Source: Octopus vulgaris (lineage: Eukaryota). Taken from it: 64,000 nucleotides of DNA. Shown here one piece after another: positions 13,716 through 27,200 of this stretch. The notes under the pieces are model-generated. The model made no database searches, was not told where the DNA came from, and saw only the letters and a list, made by a program, of their open reading frames with translations. The position numbers and the translations under genes are program-made. The stretch is taken from the NCBI GenBank assembly GCA_951406725.2, contig OX597829.1:29512001-29576000 (forward strand). Direction: 5' to 3'. Position 1 is the first letter of the stretch, and every line of letters starts with the position of its first letter.

Positions 13716-14399
13716 TTGATGCTTTTTTTTTTAATATCATCATAGTTACCAGTGTTGATGCATTTTATTTGTTGGTTGACTCTTTTTTTTTTCTGTTTGT
13801 TTTTGTTTAAGCTAAGTTAATAAATGTTAAAGTGTTTCCAGGAGTATAACAGGCAAAAGAAAAAAAAATTACAATATATAAAATATTGTATTATATTTAG
13901 ATAGTTCTATGCCAGTCATTGATACTTACACTGACCTTGCTCATTGCTGCTTCACTTTCATTGGGTATTTGCTGAAAACTTTGTCTTCAGTGCTGTTGAA
14001 GGATAACAACCTAACTGAATTTGCTTATTTCATACTTTTTTGTTAATATAATCTCCGTGTTCTTTCCCTCCATGCACACACACACATACACACAGATATT
14101 TGTATACCCCAAAACGTTTTTTTTTTTTATTTTGTGGTATTATTAATTGTGGATTGCTTGCTCCTTAAAAGCATTGGGCAAAATGTATTACAGCATTTAG
14201 TTACTCCCCTTTATATTTTGAGTTCAAATCCTGCCAAGGTTATATTTGCCTTTTATCTTTCTGGGGTTGAAAAAAGAATAAAATATCAGTCAAGGGCTGG
14301 GGGATGATTTATTTGACTTTTACTCCTTCCTGCGGGGGAAAAAAAATGAGGCCTCTATGTCTGTGCTAAAAACTATTAACTCCACTTATTGCAACTGCT

Positions 14400-14764
<365 letters not shown>

Positions 14765-15228
14765 GCTGCTAAATATTGATGATTTTTACTTTAACATATA
14801 GGACATGTTCATCACAAGCATTTGCATCCATGTTTAGAATGTTAAATTTTAGAATTTTTTTGTTTCTTGTTACAAAATATATTGCCTATATATATGTGTG
14901 TTTATATGTGTGTGTATGTATATATATGTATGTATGTATATATAGATAGATAGACATCCTTTCAACTTTACTGTGGTATGAGGTTTCAGTATTTTTCAAA
15001 TTAAACCTGGATTGTTTATGGAATTTTCTATACCTTTTTATTCCTGTTGTTTCAAAGACATTAACATTAATATTTGGTTGCTTTGCTTCACCATTTATGA
15101 GAATAATGAACTTTATCTCCATTTCAACTTATTTCTTCAGTTTACAGCTGCTTTCTTTTCAAAGTCCATGCATTTTTCAGAATTGGGGAGTGGGGTGTAA
15201 TAAATTTTACTAACCGTGTCACCATTAA

Positions 15229-15444
15229 CCCTTTAGCAATTAAACTGGCCATATCAGGTCCACGTATTCTGTTTTGTAGTCAAACTGGCCAAATTTGGCC
15301 TCTCACACCTACCATAAAATGTCATTCTAAAAACATACTATCATGTGATTCAAATGTAGGAGCAATGAGATAATGCATACTTAATTCAAGCCAATTTGAA
15401 TAGATAAGCATTATGCTTAACAAAATAATATCAATGCTAAAGGG
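15229..15444. mobile_element. piggyBac-type MITE (CCCTTTAGCA TIR)
   Basis: TTAA|CCCTTTAGCA ... TGCTAAAGGG|TGAA. Confidence 0.75.
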
Positions 15445-16536
15445 TGAATCTGGTGTTTGTAAAAATAATGTACTTACATAAAATTGTGATTGGAAGTTGA
15501 CTTATACATTCTCATGAATATTTTGATATATCTGTAGTGTCCTGCCTTACCTGCAGCTTCTATAACCTGATAACTAACTTGGCATGCTTTGGGTTTCAAC
15601 AGCTTAGTTGATCCTATTAACCACTTGTTTATTTGTTCATTTCAGATTATCATTAATACTATAGAACATTAGCAATGTTACTGTTAGAGACTTTGGTCCA
15701 AGTCTCATATAATAGAAGCAACATTAATTGAATTAACCATTTTAATTTGTTGTCCATCTTCTTTCTCCTCTTTCCATCTCCGTTTCTCTCTTCTATTCTC
15801 TCTGTCATAAAGGTTTAGGGAGTTTTTCATTCCCATACCCTTTAATTAGCTTACTTTGTGTTTATCCCTTTTTGTATGTTTTTTTAAATATTTTTTTGCC
15901 CTCTTACTTCCAATCTCTGACACGATATTTGTAATTATGGAAACTGGAACTACTATTAACTGTATATTTCTACAAGATTTGTTACCCATAGATCAACTCT
16001 ACCTTCTTTCCTACCATAATTTTACCCCCCCCCCCTCTCTCTTATTTGCTCTTTATTTTCTTTCTTCAAAGTTGTTTTCTTTAAAAGAAAATCTTCGAGA
16101 GAGAACTCTAATACCTTCGCTTCAATAATGTTTCCATTTCTTATGTATGATGGATGTATTTACACTTTATGGTACCTATTAACTGTTTCATAGTCAAGGC
16201 CAGCAGCTGTTTGCCTTTCTCAAAGACAAAGTGTGGCACTGGTAATAATGGTTTAATAATACTGTCCTAACATAACCTCTTGGTGCCTTTTCTTTCTTAT
16301 AAATTTCTTTCCCTACTAAAGTGATTTTTTTCTTCTTTTTTTTTCTTTAAAGAAAGGCATCAAATTCTAAAGCCTTTTATAATAAGAAATATTTAGTATT
16401 TTATCAGATTTTGGCACAACACTCATATAAAACGACATAGAAATATAAATGCTCAGGTACATCACTATATGGACATGGCCCGAAAATGAAAATATTAACG
16501 GAATATATGTATGCAAACATGCATTTAGCTTCAAAT

Positions 16537-16648
16537 ACTTACCATGCATGATTATTATATTAAACAAAATTATGGTCTACTCGAGTTTCCCCCTGCAGTT
16601 AGACTGACCTTAACTGTGACTGAAATGGAGGGACCTGTAGTATTTATA
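16537..16648 (-). promoter_or_regulatory. Candidate Pol II core promoter and first exon (TATA, Inr, ATG, splice donor)
   Basis: Minus strand: TATAAATA (16648-16641); TCAGTCACAGTT Inr-like 27-33 nt downstream; AATCATGCATG|GTAAGT consensus donor at 16542. Confidence 0.45.
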
Positions 16649-16921
16649 GAGTTGGTGTGGAGGGGTGCACAGAAGCATTGAATTTTTTAGCTGCTAATAT
16701 TTGCACATTAAAGTATTTCTAACTAATTAATTTAAGCTATAATTAATTGAATACGATTCTGTATATTGAATACAAATGAACAAGTGATGAACCACACAAA
16801 CTCAAAAGACAGATGTGTTATAAACGAAAACACAAGATAAGTTCATTTTCATAGTTGTTGATCAATAGAAAATTAGTTAATTATTGATAATATTGACAAA
16901 GATAGCAATGTTTAAATTTGA

Positions 16922-17800
16922 TTAATCTTTCTCTTTCAAGAGAGTTTCTATGTCATTAGCCAAACTAATTTCATTCAGGAATGTCTGGTGGTTACCATCG
17001 TAGTAATTAATGCAGACTTTGGTGCACAATTTTGAGAGGCCATAATCGGACGATAAAGGGAGAGAGTCTGTTGGTTCCGTTTTGATTCGTAATAAATGGA
17101 TGCAACCATTGTATTTTTTTCTGGGATTGTATTGATAACCAGAATGGCAGTTCTGGATGAAGTCCCGACATTTCTGTGTCTGAAAGATTCGTAGGACTTC
17201 CGTCGTTGTTGAGAATATTGGGTGTTGTTTCATTCGTAGTTTCGTATAAACCTTCAACCAGTTTTTCTTACCTGATGGAGGGCTCATTAATGGTCGTCCA
17301 AATAAATACTTAATGGCCTACCTGAGTTTTGATTCAGTACCTTTTAGTTTCAGTAAAGATGAGCGAATCAGTAATTTAGTGTCCTGACTAATTGACTTGT
17401 AATTACTAATGAAGTTCAGGATGAAACCAATATCCAGGAACTCTTTGAACAGTTTAGTCGAGCAATCTGTTGGTAATTCCCTGGTTATATAATTACAGTG
17501 AGAATGGAAGTAATGTGGAGAGCCATCGAACAGGATCAGAACCTCAACTGGTTTGTTGCCGGTTTCTAACTGTAGGGCCATTTCGAAAGCTATGCAGGCA
17601 CCGAAAGAATAACCAGCAAGTCTGTAGGGACCACAGGGGTTGGCAGCCTTCATTATGCAAATATAAAACGCTGCCATTTCCTCCACTGAATTTCTTGGAG
17701 TTTTATCAGTCATTCTAATTCCAAAACATGGTATTGTTAGCATCCGTCCCAAGGATTTCAATACATGAACATCACCTGTTACTGGGTGGACAATAAAATG
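16922..17800 (-). pseudogene. Fatty-acid-synthase (FASN/FAS-like PKS) C-terminal thioesterase domain; 5'-truncated, one in-frame TAG
   Basis: One frame reads HFIVHPVTG...GPYRLAGYSFGACIAFEMALQL...LFDGSP...LKLKGTESKLR*AIKYL...YQYNPRKKYNGCIHLLR...DYGLSKLC...YDGNHQTFL. This matches animal FASN TE motifs (LFLVHPIEG, GYSYGACVAFEM, DGSP, QYTP, DYNLSQVC, EGDHRTLL). No introns, no start codon before the domain, TGA five codons upstream. Confidence 0.85.
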
Positions 17801-18004
17801 TATGATATATATTTTTCAATCCTTACATTATAATACTATATATAGAATGTATAGCTTCATATTTTGATTTCTCCTGTTTGTCTATATATACATTTGTTTG
17901 GAGTTGCAAACAAGAGAATGGGTACTCAATATACACACTACAGCTTTTTACTATGTATTATCATATATAACCAAGAAACCGAGTAGTTACAGAATAAATC
18001 CTCA

Positions 18005-18410
18005 TGTTCTTTTATTCCATTACTTGTTTCAGTCATTGGACTATGGCAATGCCAGGCTAACACTTCCAAAAGTTTAACTGATCATGTTGCCCCATACTTA
18101 TTACTGCTTGGTTTTATTAAGTTCTATTTGTTAAACCACTGAGTTACTGGATGTAAAGAAAATACAACAGGAATAACATCCAGACATAAACACAGACCAT
18201 ACATACACATGTATGTGTGTATGTATATATATATACACACACACACGCACACACACTATGCTTCAGCACAGTTTCTGTCTACCAAATTCTGCTCTCAGGC
18301 CAAACTGAGACTATGGTAGAATTCACTTGGCCAAGATGCCATACATCAGGATTGATTGAGGAACCATGTGGTTCTTGCATATTTCTTAACTTCAAAACTA
18401 TATCTGTGTA
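18005..18410 (-). mobile_element. tRNA-derived SINE family A (decayed)
   Basis: ACTTGTTTCAGTCATTGGACT...AGTTTCTGTCTACCAAAT...GAACCATGTGGTT. Confidence 0.7.
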
Positions 18411-18824
18411 CACACACACACAGATATATAGAGAGTGATTGACTGAAACAAAATATATAGCATTTAGAACTTCTTTATGATAAGTTTGTGTGGAATCAAT
18501 TAATATATATTTGCATAAATATGTATTTCTTTCTGGAAGCTCACTTCACTGAAATTTCTATTCTGATAATAATTGCTTTTTAAAGAAAAGTACCAGTATA
18601 TGGTATTGCTAAATTTCATATGCATACACACACATATACATTATTTGTTGAAAGTATGATTGAATTCATTAAAAAATAACTTCTATTTTAAAATAGCTTT
18701 AAAAAATTCTTTTAATTGCATATCATATTTTCAGCATAAAATGTTTATGTTCTCCACAATTACATACACATATATATTTGTGTGTAACTTATTTTTATAT
18801 ATATATAATATATTCATTCATCAT

Positions 18825-19015
18825 TAGGGTGGCAATCTGGTAGAATCGTTATCACACCTGGCGAAACGCTTAGGTTGACTTTGCTTTTCATCCTTTCAGG
18901 GTTGATTAAATAAGTACCAGTTGTGCACTGGGATCGATGTAATTGACTTAATCCCTTTGTCTGTCATTGTTGCCCCCCTCTATATTTAGCCCCCTGTGGG
19001 CAATAAAGAAATAAA
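18825..19015 (+). mobile_element. Family B SINE variant
   Basis: AGGGTGGCAATCTGGTAGAATCGTTA...GACTTTGCTTTTCATCCTTTCAGGG...AAGTACCAGT. Confidence 0.7.
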
Positions 19016-19248
19016 TATATTCAATCATCAACAACTATGTACATACACACACAAATGAATATATGGCAATAGGTCAGTGTTTCAGTGCTATAGATATATA
19101 ATTACCGATTAAGTAAACAGAAGATGGATTTGTAACGACGATCGCTTTGACTCATCCGGTGACTGTTCTTTATTGATGGGATGCTGTGCATCATATTGTG
19201 TTGCATCAATTTTGCAATCTGGGTTACATCAGGTACATTCACACACAT

Positions 19249-19280
<32 letters not shown>

Positions 19281-19409
19281 CTTGTGTGTGTGTATTATAT
19301 ATATGTGTGTGTGTATATATATATTTTTATATATGTATTCATATATGTATATGTGTATATATATATGTGTGTATATGTATATATATATGTGTGTGTGTGT
19401 ATATGTATA

Positions 19410-19975
19410 TCATCATCATCGTTTAACGTCCGCTTTCCATGCTGGCATGGGTTGGACAGTTTGACTGAGGGCTGGTGAGCCAGAAGGCAGCACCAATCCA
19501 ATCTGGCAATGTTTCTACAGCTGGATGCCCTTCCTAATGCCAGCCACTCTGAGAGTGTAGTGAGTGCTTTTTACGTGCCACCAGCCGAAGGCCAGTCAAG
19601 CAGTACTGGCATCAGCAACGCTTGAATGGTGCTTTTTACGTGTCACTGGCACGGGAGCCAGTCAGGTAGTACTGGCAATGACCACACTTGAATGGTGCTT
19701 TTTATGTGCCGCCGGCATGGGTGCCAATCAGGCGGTACTGTCATTGGCTATAACAATGACTTCATTTGCCTCAACAGGTCTTCGTAAGTGCAGTTTACTG
19801 CCCAATGATTGAAGGGTCCTCTTAAATGGGCTGGTTATGCTGCACTGGTATAGGCCACAGTTACAGTCTCATTTGGCTTGCCAGGTCTTCTCAAGCACAG
19901 CATATCTCCAAAGAACTTGGTCACTTGTCATTGCCTCGGAGAGGCCCAACATTCAAAGGTCGTGCTTTACCACCA
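19410..19975 (-). mobile_element. SINE/LINE 3' fragment with (GAT)n tail and about three 63-bp internal tandem repeats
   Basis: CATCATCATCGTTTAACGTCCGCTTTCCATGCTGGCATGG; repeated GGTGCTTTTTA.GTG.C.C.GGCA...AGTACTGGCA...CTTGAAT. Confidence 0.75.
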
Positions 19976-22056
19976 TATGTGTTTGTGTATATATATATAA
20001 ATGTGTGTGTGCATATATATATATATGTATGTGTGTGTATATATATATAGTTATATATATATATGTATGTATATGTGTATATATATTCATTTTGCAATCC
20101 TCACTAGTACTGGTGTCACAAAAAAGCACCCAGTATACATGTGGTTGACATTGATGCATAACAGTCCTCTCTTTCATCACACCCTTTTGAACTGTCCAGT
20201 GAGCCAGCATGGAAGCTGGATGTGAAATGATGATTATGATTCTTTTATTACTAGCCATCTCAATTATAAACATGGTTGTACGTGTCTCGAGAGTCTTGTT
20301 TGTATAAACGATAGTGAATTAATTTAGAATATTTTACTTTTAGGAGACAAGACTTAAGCAAACATATTAGTGATTAACACAGGAAATTCATCAACTATTA
20401 GATTAATTTCATGGTTGATTGATTGTAATGTTTTTTAAATTTCAATATAGTTCACATTGTTTTTATATGCCATTTTTTAGTCTTTCAATATTTTCCTCTT
20501 TTAATTAGATTTCTGAAATTTGTTTCCACATTTTGTATTCAGTTAAACATGCTCTCTCCACATGAATACCAATTTCTCTGCTGCAATTTCCACGTGATGT
20601 ACACATAATTACTTTTTCACCCTTCTATCCCAATCCCTTCTGCCTTTTAACATAATCCTTCTATTCTATTTTATTAGCCTTATAACTTTTATTCTCTGTA
20701 TGTATACCTTTTTTTTTTAAATATCTTTTTCATACTCATTCCTCCCTTCTGCATGAGCTTCTTTGTATACATTTCTTAACCATTCCATTTTTCTCTTCTA
20801 TACCTTTTTACATACTCATTCATGCTCAGCTGCTCAACTGTTTTCCTGGGATGGGTGATTTCGCTAACCATTGATTTTTTTCCATGTTTTTTTTTCTACC
20901 TTTAGCTATTTTGTAACTTTTCAACTTGTCCCTGCTTTAAATTTTGTCTCACATACACCGTTTTCTTCAGTTTCCTCCTCTCTTTGCTTCCATTCTTCTC
21001 CCTCACTTTTACTGCATTCACATCCCACTTGACTTCACTCTTCCCCAGCCAATCACCTTCACCCCCACACCACTTATTCCTTACCATACCCTTCTCCCTA
21101 CACAAATACTCTTCTTTACATGCACAAAAATCACCACCACTCCCTCTGTTCTTAATTCCTGTAAAACTGCATACCCACCCAGCCCCTAACTGTTCTTCTC
21201 TCTCTCTCTCTCCTCCTTTCTATCACCTTTCTCTTTTTACTCATCAAGGACTCTGTCCAAAATGTCTGAGACCTTTTTTCCTTTTTCTTCTCAAGCATGA
21301 AACTAATAATGCCTTTGTGGAAACTTGCCCCTCTTGTCTTTCCTTGTTTTTGTCCATCCATATATATATATATATATACTACATTGGTTTATGTCAAACA
21401 AAATGTAGAGGATGTTGTTTTTTTTAAAATTCAAACTGAAACTAAGAGTCTGTGCTGCACACACACACACATACACACACACACATACTCGCACCCCGAA
21501 ATTTTTACTTTAAAAGATAAATACATGAAAAGCAAAGACAATCTATAGATTAAAGAAATTTTTTGCTGTCATTATTTTGCTACTTGATATTTCCATAATA
21601 ATTTTATTTACTAAGGTTGTGCCATCAGTATTACAAGAACTGATATTTTATTTTTGTAGCTTTTAAATATTTAAAACAAAGGGAGAAAAAAAAACATAAA
21701 AAGAAAAGAAAGCCAAAAACATTGTGCAATTCAAATATGTCTGATTTTAGTGCTTTCCCTGGCCATGTCCCTCTTCCTGCTTCTTATTTCTTAACTGCAA
21801 AACAAACAAAAAAAATGTACATGTCTTTTAAATGTGACCCGGTGTAGGAGTGGTTGAGAATGCTAAGGTTTCCTCTCTTGTCTGTTGATGAAATAGATCA
21901 CCTGCTGTATTCTGATGTAGATTTCTTTGACTATGTCCTCAACCCTACAAAAACAAAAAAAAAGAAACTTGGTTCTTAAATATGAAATTGATATTTTAAG
22001 AAGAAATGATAAATAAGTGTAATGCATTTTAAATATACTGTTTGTCAATTAATTAA

Positions 22057-22204
22057 CACTTTAACATTCAGATTACTCTGTGAAATGTAATGCTTATTCA
22101 CATTTTGATGATGTGATTATCTATCTTTTGAATGACTTGTAGGTAGGTTTGAACATAAAACAACATATTTGAGCTTGTTATATGCCAGTTTGAATGCTAA
22201 AGGT
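22057..22204. mobile_element. Decayed piggyBac-type MITE (CCCTTTAGCA family)
   Basis: TTAA|CACTTTAACATTCAGA ... GAATGCTAAAGG. Confidence 0.55.
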
Positions 22205-23744
22205 TTATAGATGATATTTGATAGAGGTAACTTTCAGAACTTTGAAGAAAAAATATATATATAAATAATGAAAAAAATACCCTAAAATTTTAAGGGTTTT
22301 AAAAAAGTACTGGTTAAATGAATGTGTTGAAGTTTTTAGTGTTCAAAAGAAAAAAAAGTTGTTGAATAAATACCTTAACATTTTGACAGTTCATAAAAAT
22401 ATATCTGATATCAAATATTTTGGAAGTAGGCAAAAAAATACAAAATTCCCTTAACAAGGTACTGAAAGAAATAATATATCTCTATTGATTTTTATTGGCT
22501 TTAAAAGATTTGTGTTCATAGAAATGCACCATTGTAGATAAACTTATTTACTACTTTTTAGCTTGAGTTACATTACAGATATGGTTTTGTTGAAGGAGTT
22601 GTGTTTCCAAAAATATTACAAACAAGAAGGAAAAAGAATGTCAAAAAAGAAAAACACTTCTTTTTTAGTATGAGATGAAGTTTTAAGGAACATTTGTTGT
22701 CTCCCCAAACATTAAGATTTTTTTTTAGGAGATAAGCATTTGCTCCACAAATCTGCTTCAACAGATATTCTAACTCAAAACTCCCTTTCTTATACCCATT
22801 TAGTGAGAAATTTATCATAAATGTCTTTTATATTGGTAGTACTTTGAATGTTTCATATATGGTTTATATCTAAACACCCTGGTTCATTTTGGAATGCCAT
22901 TTTTACCTCCTTTTAGTACCATCTGGTTGATAGAAGATGCTCCTAGTGACTTCCATGAAAAGTGCTGTGCTCTTGAATGGACTTTTTGTGAGAGTAGTTT
23001 TCTGTTCCCTTCCTTTGGAGGATTTATCAACTCTGGAATGACGAAAGGCTAAGTTGACCTTGGCTCATTTTGAACTCACCAATGCTCTAATACTCTAACA
23101 ATTCTGCCAATCCACCAGCCTGCACTGGTATTCATTTTATTGACCATAGTGGGATTTGAACTCAGAACAAATTATACAAAGCATTTTATCTAACACCCCT
23201 AACGACTATCAATTCACTACTGTTTTCGTTCTATGTCAGATACTTCATGATATTGCCAAGGCATATTTTTGTCATAATTTTAACCATCATCATCTACTAA
23301 ACACTGACCAGTCTCTAATGAAAACAATATGCTACACAGATGTCATGTTTCCATTGTTTATTAGCTTTCCACAACAATTACTACAAGATGAAAGTATTTT
23401 ATGCTTCTTGTTTATGTTAATATTGTTATTGAATTTTACCTTTCTTTCTAAGAGCATCAAAATATATATCAGTCATTTATTTGGATTGAAGAACTTGACA
23501 TGTTCTACTTTAAAATAGGTCCCTCTCTCACCCCACCCCCAAAATGTGGTTTCTGTTTATGTTAGAAATCATCAGTTTCTTGATTGACAGTCCTCTCCTC
23601 AGGGGGCTATCATACCTTTGTGTTCTATATATAACATTCATTCTTTTTTTTTAATCCCTTTTTGAATTTATTTGATTTCTATTTAACTTTCATGTCTTTG
23701 TGTTTCATGTCCTTTAATAGTTTCTCATCTGGAGCCCTTGTGGT

Positions 23745-24162
23745 AAATATTTATTTTTATGTTCTGAGCTCATATTCTGCTTAGATCAACTTTGCCTTTC
23801 ATCTCTCTAGGTTTAATAAAAATAATATACCAACCAATTACTGGAGATGATGGTATCAGTTTACTTCTCCTTTCAAAATTGCTGTCTTGGGCCTAAATTA
23901 GAAACCATTATTTTTATTAATTTTATCATTATCATCATCATCATTATTATTATTATGATATAGCAGAATCATTAACACACTGGACAAATGCTTAGCGATA
24001 TTTTTGCCTGTTGCTATATTCTGAGTTCAAGTTCAGCCAAGGTCAACTTTGCCTTTTATCCTTTCAGGGTCGATAAATTAAGTACCAGTGTAACACTGGG
24101 GTTGATGTTATTGACTAATCCCTTATCCAAAAATTTCAGGCCTTGTGCCTTTAGGAGAAAGG

Positions 24163-24226
<64 letters not shown>

Positions 24227-27200
24227 CTCTCAATACATGGCTATGATGCTCCCCCACTACTTCTGCTCGTGATCAGAGATGCACATATCATCAGCTGCTA
24301 AGGGACAAACTCAGCTGGTTAAGGTCAAACAACTGACAAGTAAATCTGTGATATTGAACAGAATATTTGCTGTAGCCCATCTTTTATACCAAGACAAAAC
24401 AATATACATGATAACACTTCCAATCATTTAAAAAGTGAAGCCATGAGAACTACTGCCTGGTACTGTATCTATTATTAACATCATTATTATTATTATCATC
24501 ATCATCATTATTATTTAAGGTAGCGAGCTGGCAGAATTGCTAGCATGCTGGGTGAAATGCTTAGTGGCATCTCACTCGTTGCTACATTCTTCCTTCAAAC
24601 TCTTCCGAGGTTGACTTTGCCTTTCATCCTTTCAGGGTCAATATGATTGACTATTCCTCTCCCATCAAATTCCAGGTCATGTGCCTATAGTAAAAAGGAT
24701 TATTATTATTATTATTTACGTAGTGCGGTGGTAGCATGCTTGGCAAAATGATTAATGGCATTTTGTTTTGTCTTTAAGTTCAGATTTTGCCAAGGATGAG
24801 TTTGCTTTCCATCCCTTCGGGGTTGATAAAATAAGTACCAGTCAAGTATTGGGGTTGATGTAATCAACTATCCCTCTCTCTCAAAATATATATCAGGCCT
24901 TGCACCTGTAGTAGAAAACATTATTATTAAGCCAGCAAGCTGGCAGAATTGTTAGTACTTTGGACAAAATACTTTGCAGCATTTTTTCCAGTTCTTTACA
25001 CCTTGAGGTCAAATCCTGCTAAAGTCAACTTTGCCTTTCACGGTTGATAAAATAAAGTACCAGTCAAATACTACAGTCATTGTTATCAACTACCTCTTTC
25101 TCTCAAAATTTCAGCCCCTGTGCCTTTATTAGAAAGGATTATTATTGTTTCACTAATGTGGTGCGTTGGCAGAATTGTTAGCATACCAGACCAGAGTTCT
25201 TAACAGCATTTTATTTGACTCTATATTCTGAGTTCAAATTTCACCAAGGTTAGCTCTGCCTTTTATCCTTTCAGGTCAAAAACAATAAGTACCAGTTGAG
25301 TACGAAGGTTGATGTAATTGACTTAGCCCTTCTCCTAAATTTCAGGCCTTGTATTATAATTATTATTACAGGCAAAATGCTTAGCTGTATTTCATCTGTC
25401 TTTACAGTCTGAGTTCAAATTCTGCTGAGGTTGACTTCACCTTTCATCTTTTCAGGGTCGATAAACTAAATATCAGTTGTGTACTGGAGTCGATGTAATT
25501 GACCGTCCCCTTCCTCAAATTTCAGGCCTTGTGCCTATAGTAGAAATTATTATGATTATTATTATTATCATTATTATTAATATTATTATTATTATGGTAA
25601 CAGGCTGGCAAAGCCAGTAGCATGCCCAACAAAATACTCCGTAGCATCTTGTCTTAATTTGAATTCTGCCATGGTCAATTTTGCCTTTCATCCTTTCAGC
25701 ATCGATAAGATAGTCAATTACTGGTGGGGGTTGATGTAATCGACTTCACACTTCCCTCAAAAACTGCTGGCCTTGTGCCAAAATTTGAAACTATTATCAT
25801 TACTGAGACAGCAGATAAAATGTTATTTACACTTTTATTACTCTATTTCTGTTGAAGTACAATTAATTTTGAAAATATAATGTAGGGAAATGTCTTTGTT
25901 ACTATTAAACTGGGTGTTTGGAACATGAATTAATATGAAATTTTTAATTTTTAATTTAGAACACTTTAACCTTCTTGTTGCTATATTTCTGTTGAAATAC
26001 ACTTTCTTTTAATTAATTTTGAAAATGATGAAAAATTTAGTCAAATAACTTATTTGGAACGCATTAACATGAAATTTTGATGGAATGTTTTAATTTAGGC
26101 CAATCAAAAACAAAATATTTGTGTCATAGAACTGGCGCTGAAAGGTTTAAGGATTGTTGGAATTAGAATAACATCAGAGAGGACATTTTACAATATAGTA
26201 GCAGTCTTTTAATATAGCATCAGATTGATGTCTCATAGTATTTGTGTCAAGCAGAATGTCTTGTGGCATTGTGGTTGACAGAATGTCTTGCTGTACAGCA
26301 CCAAACAAAATATTTAATTTTATAGCATCAATCAGAACTGTCTTGTATCATTATGAGAATGTTCATATGGCAGGAATGGTAGTGCTAGATTAAATACCAT
26401 TTAAGATGGTATATCATCAAATCAAGTGTCCAGCATTTTTTTGTTACAATCTTTTATGTTCTGAGTTTCAAATCTCTTCAAGATCATCTTTATCTTTCCA
26501 TCTCCCGGTGTCAATAAAATAGAATGGAAAAGCAGTAATGTATTGGGGAGTTCAAGTAATTAACTGTTCCCTCCCCACAAAATCTGTGCTTATGTCAGAA
26601 AGCATTGTTATTTGTTGCCTTAGTTAGTAAAGGACAGAATTGTCAGAGCTTCAAATAAAAATGCTGTATCTAGGTTGACTTTGTTTTTAACTCTCCTAGC
26701 GTGGGATTTATAAATTCAGTTCAGTCAAATACTGGAGTCTATTTAATCAGTTGTTCACCCCACGTGTGTGACCATGTGCCTACGTTAGAAACCATTATTA
26801 TTAAGGTGGTGAGCTGGTTGAATAGTTACCGCGCCGGGCAAAATGTTGCTTAGCATTTTGTTCATTTTTATGTTCTGAGCTCAAATTCTGCTGAGGTCAA
26901 CTTTGCCTTTCATCCTTTTGGGGTCAATAAAATAAGTACCAGTTGAGTACTGGGGTCAATGTAATCAACTTAACCCTTCTCCCAAAATTGCTGGCCTTGT
27001 GTGAAAATTTGAAATCATCATCATCATTATTATTATTGCAAGAATCGTTAAAGTGTTAGAAAACATGCTGTTTGGCATTTGTCTCTTCACTTTATCCTTT
27101 CTGGGTTGATAAAATAAGTACCAGTTGAGCTCTGGGGTCCATTTCATTGACTTATATTTTCTCCTCAAAATTGCTGTCCTTGTGCTAAAATTAGGAAAAA
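23745..27200 (+). mobile_element. Array of about 12 head-to-tail family B SINEs, interrupted by other repeats (24226-24465; MITE about 25840-26150)
   Basis: Same head, core and tail motifs repeated about every 200 bp, separated by (ATT)n/(ATC)n spacers. Confidence 0.85.

Noticed and set aside
17272-17321. Small intron removing the thioesterase TAG (CAG|GTAGGC ... CAG)
   Set aside because: About 50 nt with incompatible phases, and FASN similarity appears to continue straight across the stop.
21230-21350. Hammerhead-like remnant (CTCATCAAGGAC...CAAAATGTC)
   Set aside because: Too many core substitutions to call.
23745-27200. CRISPR-like repeat/spacer periodicity
   Set aside because: Units are about 200-bp diverged SINEs with microsatellite spacers in eukaryotic DNA; no cas genes.
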